This document shows positions 7,715 to 16,577 of a stretch of DNA of 64,000 nt, one piece after another. Positions within the stretch are counted from its first letter, which is position 1. Every line of letters begins with the position of its first letter. Under the pieces are notes generated by a model. That model worked only from the letters and a program-made list of their open reading frames with translations, ran no database searches and was not told the DNA's origin. The position numbers were made by a program, and so were the translations under genes. The stretch is from the NCBI GenBank assembly GCA_039804025.1, contig JBDRZP010000002.1:4704-68703 (forward strand), written 5' to 3'. The DNA is from a candidate division WOR-3 bacterium (GTDB taxonomy: Bacteria > Hydrothermota > Hydrothermia > Hydrothermales > JAJRUZ01).

Positions 7715-10351
7715 TTATGCTTTATAAATTTTTACCTTTGTGTCATTAAAAGAATTTTCCCCTGATAAAAGATCAGGATGAAGTTCTAATATGAAGTTTG
7801 GTAAAACTCCTTTTTTAGCATAGGAGGGAAATGATTTTGAAAACCTTCCATAATGGTAACTTATAGCAACTGTATCAGGTCTAATTCCCTCTGTTAACCT
7901 TGCAATAGCTTCTACTTTACCAATTTTACTTTCAACAATAATTTTATCACCTTCATCAATACCAAGTTTTCCTGCAGTTTTTTTATTTATCAAACAGTAA
8001 TTTGTGTCTGAATCATTGGCAATCTCATTCAAAAGTGGATTTAAGGCGTGGAAATCTGTTTGCGTTCTATACATTCTCTTATATGTGATAAGGTAAAAGG
8101 GATATTCCTTAGGGTCCCTTTTACGATGGGGTGTTGGAAAAGCATGCTCTTTTAATGGTAAAGGAGAATATACTATGTCAAGAATTTTTCTTAATTCATT
8201 TAAATCATTTTCCTCAAACCATTCCATAAAAACTTTTTTTACATTATCATTTTTTTCCATTATTTCAAAAACTTTTTCCTTTGTATAAACAAGTTGTTCA
8301 GCATAAAAATGCATCTTTGGTTTACCTTTACCATTATATTTTTCTGCCTCACTTAAATATCTCTTTTTTACATCCCTTTTTTTAATATAAAGACCATGCT
8401 GAATTGCATAATCAAAAGGTTTTCCTGTTTCTGCTTCCCAGATAATCTGAACTGCCTCCTTTGAATCGTATACCCTTTTTTCAAATTTCTTTTCCTTATC
8501 TTCCAGTTTCCATTCCTTATTTATTTCATCTATAAACTTATCGAGAATAGAAAGCCTTTTAGCGATTTCCATAAGTATTGAAAAAGCATCATATTTTAGA
8601 TTAAATACATCAACAACAGGCTGCCTAATCGCCTTGTGTTCAGCATCAGGAACCCATCTTGTGGATGAATAGTGCCAGGATTCAAGATAGGTTTTATCAG
8701 GTAAAACTATATCCGCCATCTCTGCTGTTTCATCCAGCACAACATTTATATTTACAGAATAAACATTTTTATAACCCTCAATCTGTTTCTGTATATCTGA
8801 AGTAGAGAGTATTCTATTTGTCGCATAAAATATTGCCATCCTGGGTTTATAAGGAAGTCCATATTTTTCGGGTTCGCTATAAGTATATGCTACCTGCTGA
8901 GCTACATTATGGGTTGCAAAGGGATAAAATACACTCTCCTGTAAATCAACCCTTTGGGGAGGATATTCACACTTGGATGGTTTCATGCTCTTATAATTTG
9001 GGTCAGCCTTATAAAGTAAAAGACCACCAACAGCGTCAAAATTACCTACAAGCATATTAACTATTAGACCAGCCCTCCAATTCTGGGTACCATATTCCCT
9101 GGCAACAAGTCCCCTGAAAGTGTAAACACAAACAGGTCTATATCTTAATTTCTCACCGTCAATTTCTATTGTTTTTCCAATATTAGCATTTTCACCAAAT
9201 TCCTTTGCAATTCTTTTTATTGTGCTATAAGGAATTCCTGTGATTTCCTCAATCTCCTTATCCTTTAAAGATAACACATACTCTTTAAAAATTCTAAAAG
9301 CAGTTTTATATTTTTTACCTTCAATAGCTATCTCTGTATCAAGGGATATTTCTTCATGTTCATCGTAAGGAACTATCTTTTTATTCTTATTATCATAAAC
9401 ATAGAAATTATTCTTTTCATCCTTATAGAATTTTTTATCTTCCCCAACAAGATAAGCTGCATCTGTATAATTTTTCAAAAATTCCTCATCAATATAATTC
9501 ATTTTAATTAATTCCTTTGCCATTGCAAGTAGAAAAAGAGCATCTTTACCAGGTCTTATAGGAACCCATTCATTTGCCTTACTTGCGGTATTGGACAATC
9601 TTGGTTCAATAACAACCATTTTCATATCACCATCTACTATTCTTTTCAAGGAAGTCCTATCAAGCCATCTTGCCCATTGTTCAGCCTCTGTAAAATTTGC
9701 CCCAATATTTATAAAATATTTTGTATATTCAAGGTCAGGTAATGGACCATGACCTCCCCAGGTAATCTCATCTGCTACATGCCTTGCTGCCTCACAAACT
9801 GTTGTTCTATGAACATGGTTAGGGGTTCCAAAGGCTTTGCAGAAGGGCTTTGTAAATTTATCACCAATTAAATATTTTCCGTGAGAAATATGGAAAGTAA
9901 GTCCTCTTGGATCTTCATCCTTTATTTCTTTCAACTTTTTTACAATCTCATCAAAGGCTTCTTCCCATGAAATTTCCTTCCATTTAGGGTCCTCACCCAA
10001 ACCCTTATTAGGATTAGTTCTCTTTAAAGGTGCTTTAATTCTGTAAGGATTGTAGGTATGAAAAATTCCAGCCTGCCCCTTTGGACAAAGGTGACCCTTA
10101 TTATAAGGACTTTCAGGATTTCCATATATTGCCCTTATAACACCATTTACCCTTCTTACCCTTATTCCACAGAAATTAACACACATCGTATCTGTTGAAG
10201 GGATCATTACATCTTCATCAGGTGAGAAATTTACTATAGACTTATTTTCCTCGGCAGTTAAATTTTTAAAATCAAAAAATAAATCAGAAAGGAGAGCAAT
10301 TGTTGTAAAGGAAAATGTTTTTTTAAGAAACTCTCTTCTTGTTATAGCCAT
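7715..10351 (-). CDS. Tat-exported molybdopterin (bis-MGD) oxidoreductase catalytic subunit, DMSO-reductase family (Psr/Phs/Ttr/Arr-like); substrate unknown
   Basis: 878 aa. Twin-arginine signal TRREFLKK. An N-terminal FS0 motif follows. Its size, its PsrB-like partner and the nearby TorD chaperone and mobA support the family. The RBS AGGGGGG lies 7 nt upstream of the ATG. Confidence 0.85.
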   Translation of the reverse strand: MAITRREFLKKTFSFTTIALLSDLFFDFKNLTAEENKSIVNFSPDEDVMIPSTDTMCVNFCGIRVRRVNGVIRAIYGNPESPYNKGHLCPKGQAGIFHTYNPYRIKAPLKRTNPNKGLGEDPKWKEISWEEAFDEIVKKLKEIKDEDPRGLTFHISHGKYLIGDKFTKPFCKAFGTPNHVHRTTVCEAARHVADEITWGGHGPLPDLEYTKYFINIGANFTEAEQWARWLDRTSLKRIVDGDMKMVVIEPRLSNTASKANEWVPIRPGKDALFLLAMAKELIKMNYIDEEFLKNYTDAAYLVGEDKKFYKDEKNNFYVYDNKNKKIVPYDEHEEISLDTEIAIEGKKYKTAFRIFKEYVLSLKDKEIEEITGIPYSTIKRIAKEFGENANIGKTIEIDGEKLRYRPVCVYTFRGLVAREYGTQNWRAGLIVNMLVGNFDAVGGLLLYKADPNYKSMKPSKCEYPPQRVDLQESVFYPFATHNVAQQVAYTYSEPEKYGLPYKPRMAIFYATNRILSTSDIQKQIEGYKNVYSVNINVVLDETAEMADIVLPDKTYLESWHYSSTRWVPDAEHKAIRQPVVDVFNLKYDAFSILMEIAKRLSILDKFIDEINKEWKLEDKEKKFEKRVYDSKEAVQIIWEAETGKPFDYAIQHGLYIKKRDVKKRYLSEAEKYNGKGKPKMHFYAEQLVYTKEKVFEIMEKNDNVKKVFMEWFEENDLNELRKILDIVYSPLPLKEHAFPTPHRKRDPKEYPFYLITYKRMYRTQTDFHALNPLLNEIANDSDTNYCLINKKTAGKLGIDEGDKIIVESKIGKVEAIARLTEGIRPDTVAISYHYGRFSKSFPSYAKKGVLPNFILELHPDLLSGENSFNDTKVKIYKA

Positions 10352-10372
10352 AAAGAACCCCCCTCTTTTTAT

Positions 10373-11374
10373 TTAAAATTTATAGAAAAATGTCAAATTC
10401 AGATATAAATCAGGATCTGGTTTTATTCCCTTTTCTTCATCATAAAATACATACTTAATGTTTGGCATAAAATGAACATCCTTATAAGGTTTTAAATCAA
10501 AACCCGCGATAATAAGATTTGAGGGAGCAAGTGAAGAGAAGGGGGTATAAGATATTTTGTTTCCGTCAAGATTTTTTTCAAACATTTTGTCAAATCTGAA
10601 AATTAGGGATGTTTTCTCAGTAGTATTAAAGATAAAATAAAAAGAACCTATGCTGTAATTAATTGATGTATCAGGATCCTGAAGTCTACTTTGAGTGGCA
10701 AATTGAGCACCCATTCTCATTTTTTCCTTCTTAAATCCAATAAAACCCTGATATGTATAAACCTGTCTATGACCTTCTGCATCAAAGTAGTCTCCATAAA
10801 ATTCTATTACGAAATCTCCCGGATAAAAACCGAGTGAGAAATAAAAAGCTTTCTGTTTATTTACCTCAGATTTTACACCCTCACCATTTCCAAACATAAA
10901 GTGATATTTGATTTTTTTAGATTCACCCAATCCTCCTTTTAAGGCAAAGCCAAAATCCCTTGCGGAACCCATTTTTTGCAGATCAAGAGGTGTTTTTTCA
11001 ATAGAGCGATAACCAAAATGTTCCTCAATTACTTCCCATGTGGGGGTTGCTGAAATACCAAAAATCAAATCAAATATTGGTAATTTCCATTTCAAATAAG
11101 CATCCTTAACATAAGGAGTAAGTAAGCCACTGGTTTTAAAATCTCCCGGACTATTAAACTCGAGTCTGAGTCTTGTGGAAAAACTTTCTGAAATATCATA
11201 ATCATAGGTAAAATAGATCCTCCTGAACCAGAAACCATTGAGGTTTTTCAGTGTGCTATCATGATGTAAAGCCACGAAATAGTAATCGCCAAACATATAC
11301 CCTGATATTCTCCCCTGTGCAAATAGGGGAATACTTATTACACATATTGTGATTAGTTTGATTATTTTAGACAT
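10373..11374 (-). CDS. Putative outer-membrane beta-barrel (porin-like) protein, first gene of the Mo-oxidoreductase operon
   Basis: The signal peptide MSKIIKLITICVISIPLFAQG starts at internal Met23 of the listed ORF, which has a good SD spacing. Alternating hydrophobic/aromatic strands and a C-terminal ...LTFFYKF are typical of OM barrels. There is only a 21-nt gap to the Mo enzyme. Confidence 0.45.
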   Translation of the reverse strand: MSKIIKLITICVISIPLFAQGRISGYMFGDYYFVALHHDSTLKNLNGFWFRRIYFTYDYDISESFSTRLRLEFNSPGDFKTSGLLTPYVKDAYLKWKLPIFDLIFGISATPTWEVIEEHFGYRSIEKTPLDLQKMGSARDFGFALKGGLGESKKIKYHFMFGNGEGVKSEVNKQKAFYFSLGFYPGDFVIEFYGDYFDAEGHRQVYTYQGFIGFKKEKMRMGAQFATQSRLQDPDTSINYSIGSFYFIFNTTEKTSLIFRFDKMFEKNLDGNKISYTPFSSLAPSNLIIAGFDLKPYKDVHFMPNIKYVFYDEEKGIKPDPDLYLNLTFFYKF

Positions 11375-11440
11375 TTTACCCATCCTTCTTTTAATGGATT
11401 TGAACCTAATAATATAATATTGAAAAATTAAAAAAATCAA

Positions 11441-12394
11441 TTAATTAAAAAATTTTTGTCTTTTTAATTTTTTTAAATATTCAAGAACTTTTTCCTTTCT
11501 ATACCATCTGCTTTTTTCTAAATAAATCTCAGCCTCATTTATTAATTTTTTTGCTTCCTCTTTGTTTTTGTTCAGAACATAATAACATTCAGATAAATAT
11601 AAACGGACAATTCCTTTATTGTAATTTGAATTTTGATTTTCTACCATAGGAAGAAGTTTCAAATAAATTTTCTCTGCTTTCTCAAAATAACCACTTCTTC
11701 TATAAGCACTTCCAAGGGTAAATAAGGTTCTCCTTGATTCTCCAAATTCCTGATAGAATTTCTCAGCCCATTTAAAAGCACTATCCCTCATCTTCTCCCT
11801 TAAAAAAATTTCTATAAGCGCATCATAGGAATTTGCTTTCATAAAAACCCCTCTTAAAATACTCACTTTTACCTCCTCAACACCCTTTTGTCTTCTATCA
11901 CCTTTAATAAAAGTTTTACCAACATACTTCTGAAGAATGCTTGCCCCATAATCATAAATTCCAAGAGCCAAATAAGAATCAGGATAATTTTTAAATTTTT
12001 TTATAATGTTATATGCCTTAAATCCCTTTGTAAGTGCCTGTAAATAATTTTCCCTTAAACCCTCAAACATAGCAGAAAATGCTAAAAAAACACCCTCCAA
12101 GAAAACAATATCCTTATCTTTTCCCTTATATTTATCACAGAGTGAAAGTCCCTTTTCTATACTCTTAAAAAATTTTTCTTCAGAGTCTGGCTCATAAAAA
12201 TCCAAAAAATATTCAAAATACCTGATTGTTTTTAAAGAATATAAAATCGGATGATCTTTATATTTATTGAAATACCCCTTTTCAAGTTCAATTGCACTTA
12301 AATAATCCTCTTTCCATAGATAATTCAAATATTCCTCAATTTTTTCTTTTTCTTTCTCTAAGATAATAGCAAAAAGTAAAAATAATTTAATCAA
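11441..12394 (-). CDS. Hypothetical helical-repeat (TPR-like) protein
   Basis: 317 aa, predicted all-alpha with repeated aromatic/Leu-rich helical hairpins. No confident family. Confidence 0.3.
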   Translation of the reverse strand: MIKLFLLFAIILEKEKEKIEEYLNYLWKEDYLSAIELEKGYFNKYKDHPILYSLKTIRYFEYFLDFYEPDSEEKFFKSIEKGLSLCDKYKGKDKDIVFLEGVFLAFSAMFEGLRENYLQALTKGFKAYNIIKKFKNYPDSYLALGIYDYGASILQKYVGKTFIKGDRRQKGVEEVKVSILRGVFMKANSYDALIEIFLREKMRDSAFKWAEKFYQEFGESRRTLFTLGSAYRRSGYFEKAEKIYLKLLPMVENQNSNYNKGIVRLYLSECYYVLNKNKEEAKKLINEAEIYLEKSRWYRKEKVLEYLKKLKRQKFFN

Positions 12395-12945
12395 ATTTTC
12401 GGAAGAACTATACCCTTTTGAGCCTGATACTTTCCCTTTCTATCCTTATAGGAAATCTCACATATCTCATCACCTTCTATAAAAATAACCTGTGCTATTC
12501 CCTCATTTGCATATATCTTCGCAGGAAGAGGAGTTGTATTTGAAATTTCAATTGTAATAAATCCTTCCCATTCTGGCTCAAGGGGAGTTATATTTATAAC
12601 AATTCCACATCGGGCATAAGTTGATTTACCAAGACATATACCCAGCACATTTCTCGGGATCCTGAAATATTCAACACTTCTTCCAAGGGCAAAGGAATTA
12701 GGCGGAATTATACACTCATTACCTTTAAATTCTACAAAGGACTTTGGATCAAAATTCTTGGGATCTACAACTGTTGAAAAAACATTTGTAAAAATTTTAA
12801 ATTCATCAGCAATTCTTATATCGTATCCATAAGAAGATGTTCCGTATGAAATTACATTTTTTGTAACAAGAGTTTCAGAAAAAGGCTCTATCATCCTTGC
12901 CTCAAAAGCCATTTTCTTAATCCACTTATCGTTTTTTATTCCCAT
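12391..12945 (-). CDS. dcd: dCTP deaminase (short-form Dcd)
   Basis: 184 aa. The C-terminus [19 protein letters not shown] parallels E. coli Dcd [20 protein letters not shown]. The core [14 protein letters not shown] is dUTPase-like. Confidence 0.8.
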   Translation of the reverse strand: MGIKNDKWIKKMAFEARMIEPFSETLVTKNVISYGTSSYGYDIRIADEFKIFTNVFSTVVDPKNFDPKSFVEFKGNECIIPPNSFALGRSVEYFRIPRNVLGICLGKSTYARCGIVINITPLEPEWEGFITIEISNTTPLPAKIYANEGIAQVIFIEGDEICEISYKDRKGKYQAQKGIVLPKI

Positions 12946-12960
12946 TTATTAAATTTAATT

Positions 12961-13005
12961 AAAATAAAAGGGGGAAGAGGAAATTTTTATAATCCCCCTC
13001 CCCCA
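12961..13005 (-). terminator. Putative intrinsic terminator for the 13023-14162 OM-protein gene
   Basis: On the minus strand a GGGGGAGGGGG/CCTCTTCCCCC imperfect stem (9 of 11 pairs) is followed by TTTTATTTT. It is one of very few GC-rich hairpins in the window. Confidence 0.4.
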
Positions 13006-13022
13006 CAAATTTACTTTCTTTC

Positions 13023-14162
13023 TCAGTAACTTGAAAAGGAATAAAGAATACTTATTGAGGTAAAGAAATTACTCAGTCTTCCTGTAATGAAATAGGGACC
13101 ATTATAGAAAATATCAGGGGAAGCCTGAGCATCTACTCTTAAATTACCCCTCTTATAAGCAAAACCAAGGGCAAGTGGAAGTAAATCCTGTGATGTAACA
13201 CTTAACTTTCCAGTAGGAGAAGAGAAGTAATCATCAGTATAACTTCCCCAGAGATCTTTTCTTGCTGCAAGTCTCAAGAGGAAGTATTTTCCAAGGTCTG
13301 CTTCAAGTCCTGTAACTGCTCCAAAAGAAAATCTTCCCTGTTTACCAGCATCACCATAATCATTAGAAGTATTTACAATCTGGAATCCTAAAATAAAGTT
13401 TAAGACATCTATTGGCTGGGTATTAATTCCAATATTGAGTCCAAAGCTTGAAAATTTATCAGTATATTCAACAGTCTGTCCTCCGGCTCTTTCCTCTATT
13501 GAATTATCAGAACTTAAAAAGTGAAAACCAACTACAAATGATGTGTATTCTGAAAGGGACCTCATATATCTTGCATCAAAAGAAATATCAGAAGTTCCTT
13601 TTGCTTTTGTTGTATCACGAGGTGTGGCGCTCTTTACATCAAAGGAGTGAATGTTAAATTTAAAAGCTGCATCAATAAAGTCGGTTTCGGAGAGATAAAA
13701 GGTAATGCCTGGATTTAAGGAAATTATGTTTGCGCTTTCCTTATTTTTAAAACCAGCACCTGTTGTATCTTCATAGGTTCTACTGTAATTTCCAAATCCA
13801 AAATTGAGTCCCAAACCAAGCTTTTCACCTAAATATTTTCCATAAGAGAGCATAAAACCTTTTATAGTTCTGTAAGGATATGTATATACTGGAATATTTA
13901 AATAAACTCCAAACACACCCTTTGAATGGTTTTCTCCAAGACCAAAATAACCTTTTAAATAGGCATTACCTGAAGTAAGAGTAGCTTCATCGTAAGCCTC
14001 AAGAACAAGATAACCAGGAAATGAAAGAATCTGAGAAGGATATTTAAGAGCAAGAGCATCGTCCTTTAAGAAATCAGCCACTCCTCCAAATGTAGTTACT
14101 CTTGTCTCTGTAGCAGAAAGCACTCCCAAGAGGAGTGCAAGAGTTCCTAATATTTTCCTCAT
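13023..14162 (-). CDS. Outer-membrane beta-barrel protein (FadL/PorV-like candidate)
   Basis: Signal peptide MRKILGTLALLLGVLSA. Gly/Ser/Thr/Tyr-rich amphipathic strands and an aromatic C-terminus. GGAGG RBS 8 nt upstream. Higher GC content than its neighbours. Confidence 0.5.
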   Translation of the reverse strand: MRKILGTLALLLGVLSATETRVTTFGGVADFLKDDALALKYPSQILSFPGYLVLEAYDEATLTSGNAYLKGYFGLGENHSKGVFGVYLNIPVYTYPYRTIKGFMLSYGKYLGEKLGLGLNFGFGNYSRTYEDTTGAGFKNKESANIISLNPGITFYLSETDFIDAAFKFNIHSFDVKSATPRDTTKAKGTSDISFDARYMRSLSEYTSFVVGFHFLSSDNSIEERAGGQTVEYTDKFSSFGLNIGINTQPIDVLNFILGFQIVNTSNDYGDAGKQGRFSFGAVTGLEADLGKYFLLRLAARKDLWGSYTDDYFSSPTGKLSVTSQDLLPLALGFAYKRGNLRVDAQASPDIFYNGPYFITGRLSNFFTSISILYSFSSY

Positions 14163-14231
14163 ATATTACCTCCTTTTAATTTTTTTTATTAATTACACTC
14201 TTAAGGATTTGAACCTTAAAAAAATTTATTA

Positions 14232-14305
14232 TGGCCCCGGGTGGACTTGAACCACCGACCTTACGCTTATCAGGCGTACGCTCTAACCACCTGAGCTACG
14301 GGGCC
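14232..14305 (-). tRNA. tRNA-Ile (anticodon GAT); the 3' CCA is not encoded
   Basis: The minus-strand sequence GGCCCCGTAGCTCAGGTGGTTAGAGCGTACGCCTGATAAGCGTAAGGTCGGTGGTTCAAGTCCACCCGGGGCC-A folds as a cloverleaf. Anticodon stem TACGC/GCGTA, loop CTGATAA. Near-identical to canonical bacterial tRNA-Ile(GAU). Confidence 0.9.
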
Positions 14306-16515
14306 TAAAATTTTATAAACTTGTAAATTTTATTGTTTAATTTTATATAATAAGTTCCTGACTTAAAATTATTCAAATTCAAAACCCTTTCTGTAGAAGA
14401 AATATTTCCAGAAAGTAATCTCTTTCCAGTGATATCGTAAATTCCATAATTTATAGAACCTCTAAATCCTTTTATTTCAAGATTATTCCTTACAAGTGTA
14501 GTTATGTATAACAATTTTACATCCTCCCTATTTCTTTCAGCTACAGAAGTTACACCTATAATATAAAGTCCCCTTCCCATTTCATATATAAGAACATAAC
14601 CACCTTCAAGAGCAAAGATACCAACAGGATTTTCAAGATTAATAGGAACCGAATTTATATTTCCATCTGGAATTTTTCTGTAATAAATATTTTTTTCTCC
14701 AGTTTGATTGTTAAGGAAAAGAGAATAAATGTATCCATCATAGGATAGTGAAGAATGAATAAGAATTGATGAGTTATTCGGTCTTTTAATAGCCGTATCT
14801 ATTATTGAGTTATTTAAATCATAAGACATAAGATAGTTTTTAAAGGTATTAGAATAAAATACAAAGGGAGAACCTTTTACATAGTATAACTCACCTGCAT
14901 CAGGTAAATATGTTAAAGCTGAAAAATTTAATCCATCAAAACTTGCATATAGAGTGTCACTGTTTTTCAAAACAAAAATTGTATCACCTTCACCAGCTAC
15001 ACTACTTATGAGACCAGAATAAATTGTGTCAAAAGTAATCCCACCATCTGATGATTTTATGAGAGTTGAATCATTCCATAGATAAAGAGTATTTGTATTT
15101 GAACCAGGTAATATATCGTAATAACTTACAAGAGAACCATCAGAATTTTTTAAGGTAAAATTCTCACCTGTATTATTAGAGAAAAACAAAACTCTCTGGA
15201 AAGGAGAAGCAAATATTCTGAATTTAGATGTTAGAAGATAAAGGCTTTTTGAAGAAAAATAAAAGTTTTCAACAAGATTGTTACCAAAGAAAATTAAATT
15301 ACCCTTAAAAGAAAGCTCAGAAAAACTACTATTTATAAGGTCAAAGCTTCTGTAAACAATTCCTCCATCTGTTATTAAAAAAGTTGTATCTTTCTTTGAT
15401 GTAACCTGTCCTGGTCCCCAAAGTAAAACTGCCTTTAAACGATTCTTATACCTTGTCCATGTATTTCCCCTGTTAACAGTGTAATAAACCCCGTCATTTG
15501 AACCTATATAAAAAGTGTCATTCAATTTTGAATTTCTATAGGTGGGTTCAAAGAAAAAGGGAACTAAAGTGGTATCAAGATAGGAATAAGAAAAATTATT
15601 ACCAAATGTTCTATAAGCTTTAAAAATACCTCTATCAATTACAGAAGATATTAAAAAGGTATCTGAATTTAAAGGTAAAATATCTATGATAAAACCAGGA
15701 TAAAGAGGAAAATTTGGAATTAAATTTACATTATTCCAGGTAACACCAGCATCTGTAGTGTATAGAACACCGCCTGATGCAGGATCTAAAAATATAACAT
15801 TTTGATTCTGAGGAGAAAATCTCAAGGAATAAATATCTCCAGAAAAGGGTAAATTGTAAACAGAAAAATTGTTTCCACCATCAGTTGAAATTAAAAATTT
15901 ATTCGCTTGACCATAAGCTGCAATTGCAATTACCTGTTGGTTAAAGGGGAAAACATCAATAACATAGTTATAATTACCAGAATTCAAATAATTTTCAAGA
16001 TCGCTAATAAAATTAAAAGTATAACCACCATTATCTGACCTTAAAAGAGAATCACCGGAAATAATGTAAATTGTTGAACCAAGCGCATCCAAAGCCCCAA
16101 TTTTTGAATTTAAACTCACTATATTTAACGTGGCAAAATTATCATCAGTAAAGTAAAAGGATAAGGAATCCCTCAAAAGAAGAAATGTGTTAGATGAAAT
16201 CATTACTCCACTTTTACCGAGCCTAAAATTGAATCCTGAATACGGTATAGCAATCTCAAAAGTATCACCAGCAAAAACATCCTCACATTTATGAAACTCT
16301 AAAAAAGAAGGCAAAACCACCTTTTTTAAATTAACTTCAGAAGTTATAGGGTATAAAATTGTTCCACCCTCAGGTCCTATGTAAGTAAGAGGATAGAAAG
16401 AATTTATTTTTACATTTGAAAAATTTCGCAGATCCCATTTCCAGATAATATGCTCTTTCGTAAAATTTAAATTTACCCTTACTGCACTGAAAGCTAAAAA
16501 AATAATTAAATTCAT
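14305..16515 (-). CDS. Secreted BNR/Asp-box repeat protein with a T9SS C-terminal sorting domain
   Basis: 736 aa with a signal peptide. Asp-box repeats SDNGGYTF, TDGGNNF, TDAGVTW, VNRGNTW, SDGGITF. The C-terminus YGIYDITGKRLLSG...SGTYYIKL...KFIKF is Por_Secre_tail-like. The stop codon overlaps the tRNA by 1 nt. Confidence 0.6.
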   Translation of the reverse strand: MNLIIFLAFSAVRVNLNFTKEHIIWKWDLRNFSNVKINSFYPLTYIGPEGGTILYPITSEVNLKKVVLPSFLEFHKCEDVFAGDTFEIAIPYSGFNFRLGKSGVMISSNTFLLLRDSLSFYFTDDNFATLNIVSLNSKIGALDALGSTIYIISGDSLLRSDNGGYTFNFISDLENYLNSGNYNYVIDVFPFNQQVIAIAAYGQANKFLISTDGGNNFSVYNLPFSGDIYSLRFSPQNQNVIFLDPASGGVLYTTDAGVTWNNVNLIPNFPLYPGFIIDILPLNSDTFLISSVIDRGIFKAYRTFGNNFSYSYLDTTLVPFFFEPTYRNSKLNDTFYIGSNDGVYYTVNRGNTWTRYKNRLKAVLLWGPGQVTSKKDTTFLITDGGIVYRSFDLINSSFSELSFKGNLIFFGNNLVENFYFSSKSLYLLTSKFRIFASPFQRVLFFSNNTGENFTLKNSDGSLVSYYDILPGSNTNTLYLWNDSTLIKSSDGGITFDTIYSGLISSVAGEGDTIFVLKNSDTLYASFDGLNFSALTYLPDAGELYYVKGSPFVFYSNTFKNYLMSYDLNNSIIDTAIKRPNNSSILIHSSLSYDGYIYSLFLNNQTGEKNIYYRKIPDGNINSVPINLENPVGIFALEGGYVLIYEMGRGLYIIGVTSVAERNREDVKLLYITTLVRNNLEIKGFRGSINYGIYDITGKRLLSGNISSTERVLNLNNFKSGTYYIKLNNKIYKFIKF

Positions 16516-16577
16516 AGCTTAAAAGTTTTTTTTTGGGGATTGAACCCTTAATAAATTTTTATATTATAATAAGAACA

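Noticed and set aside
7715-10351. Assigning the Mo enzyme specifically as NapA (with the dihaem cytochrome as NapB), or as PsrA, TtrA or ArrA
   Set aside because: NapAB has no PsrB-like four-cluster partner. Psr and Ttr normally have an NrfD-type anchor. The FS0 motif has an unusual Asp. Without phylogeny, a substrate call would be a guess.
16533-16577. 15-codon N-terminal extension of cysS (MGIEPLINFYIIIRT)
   Set aside because: CysRS homologues begin at the internal MKIF...(16578). The extension lies in the divergent promoter region and has no RBS.
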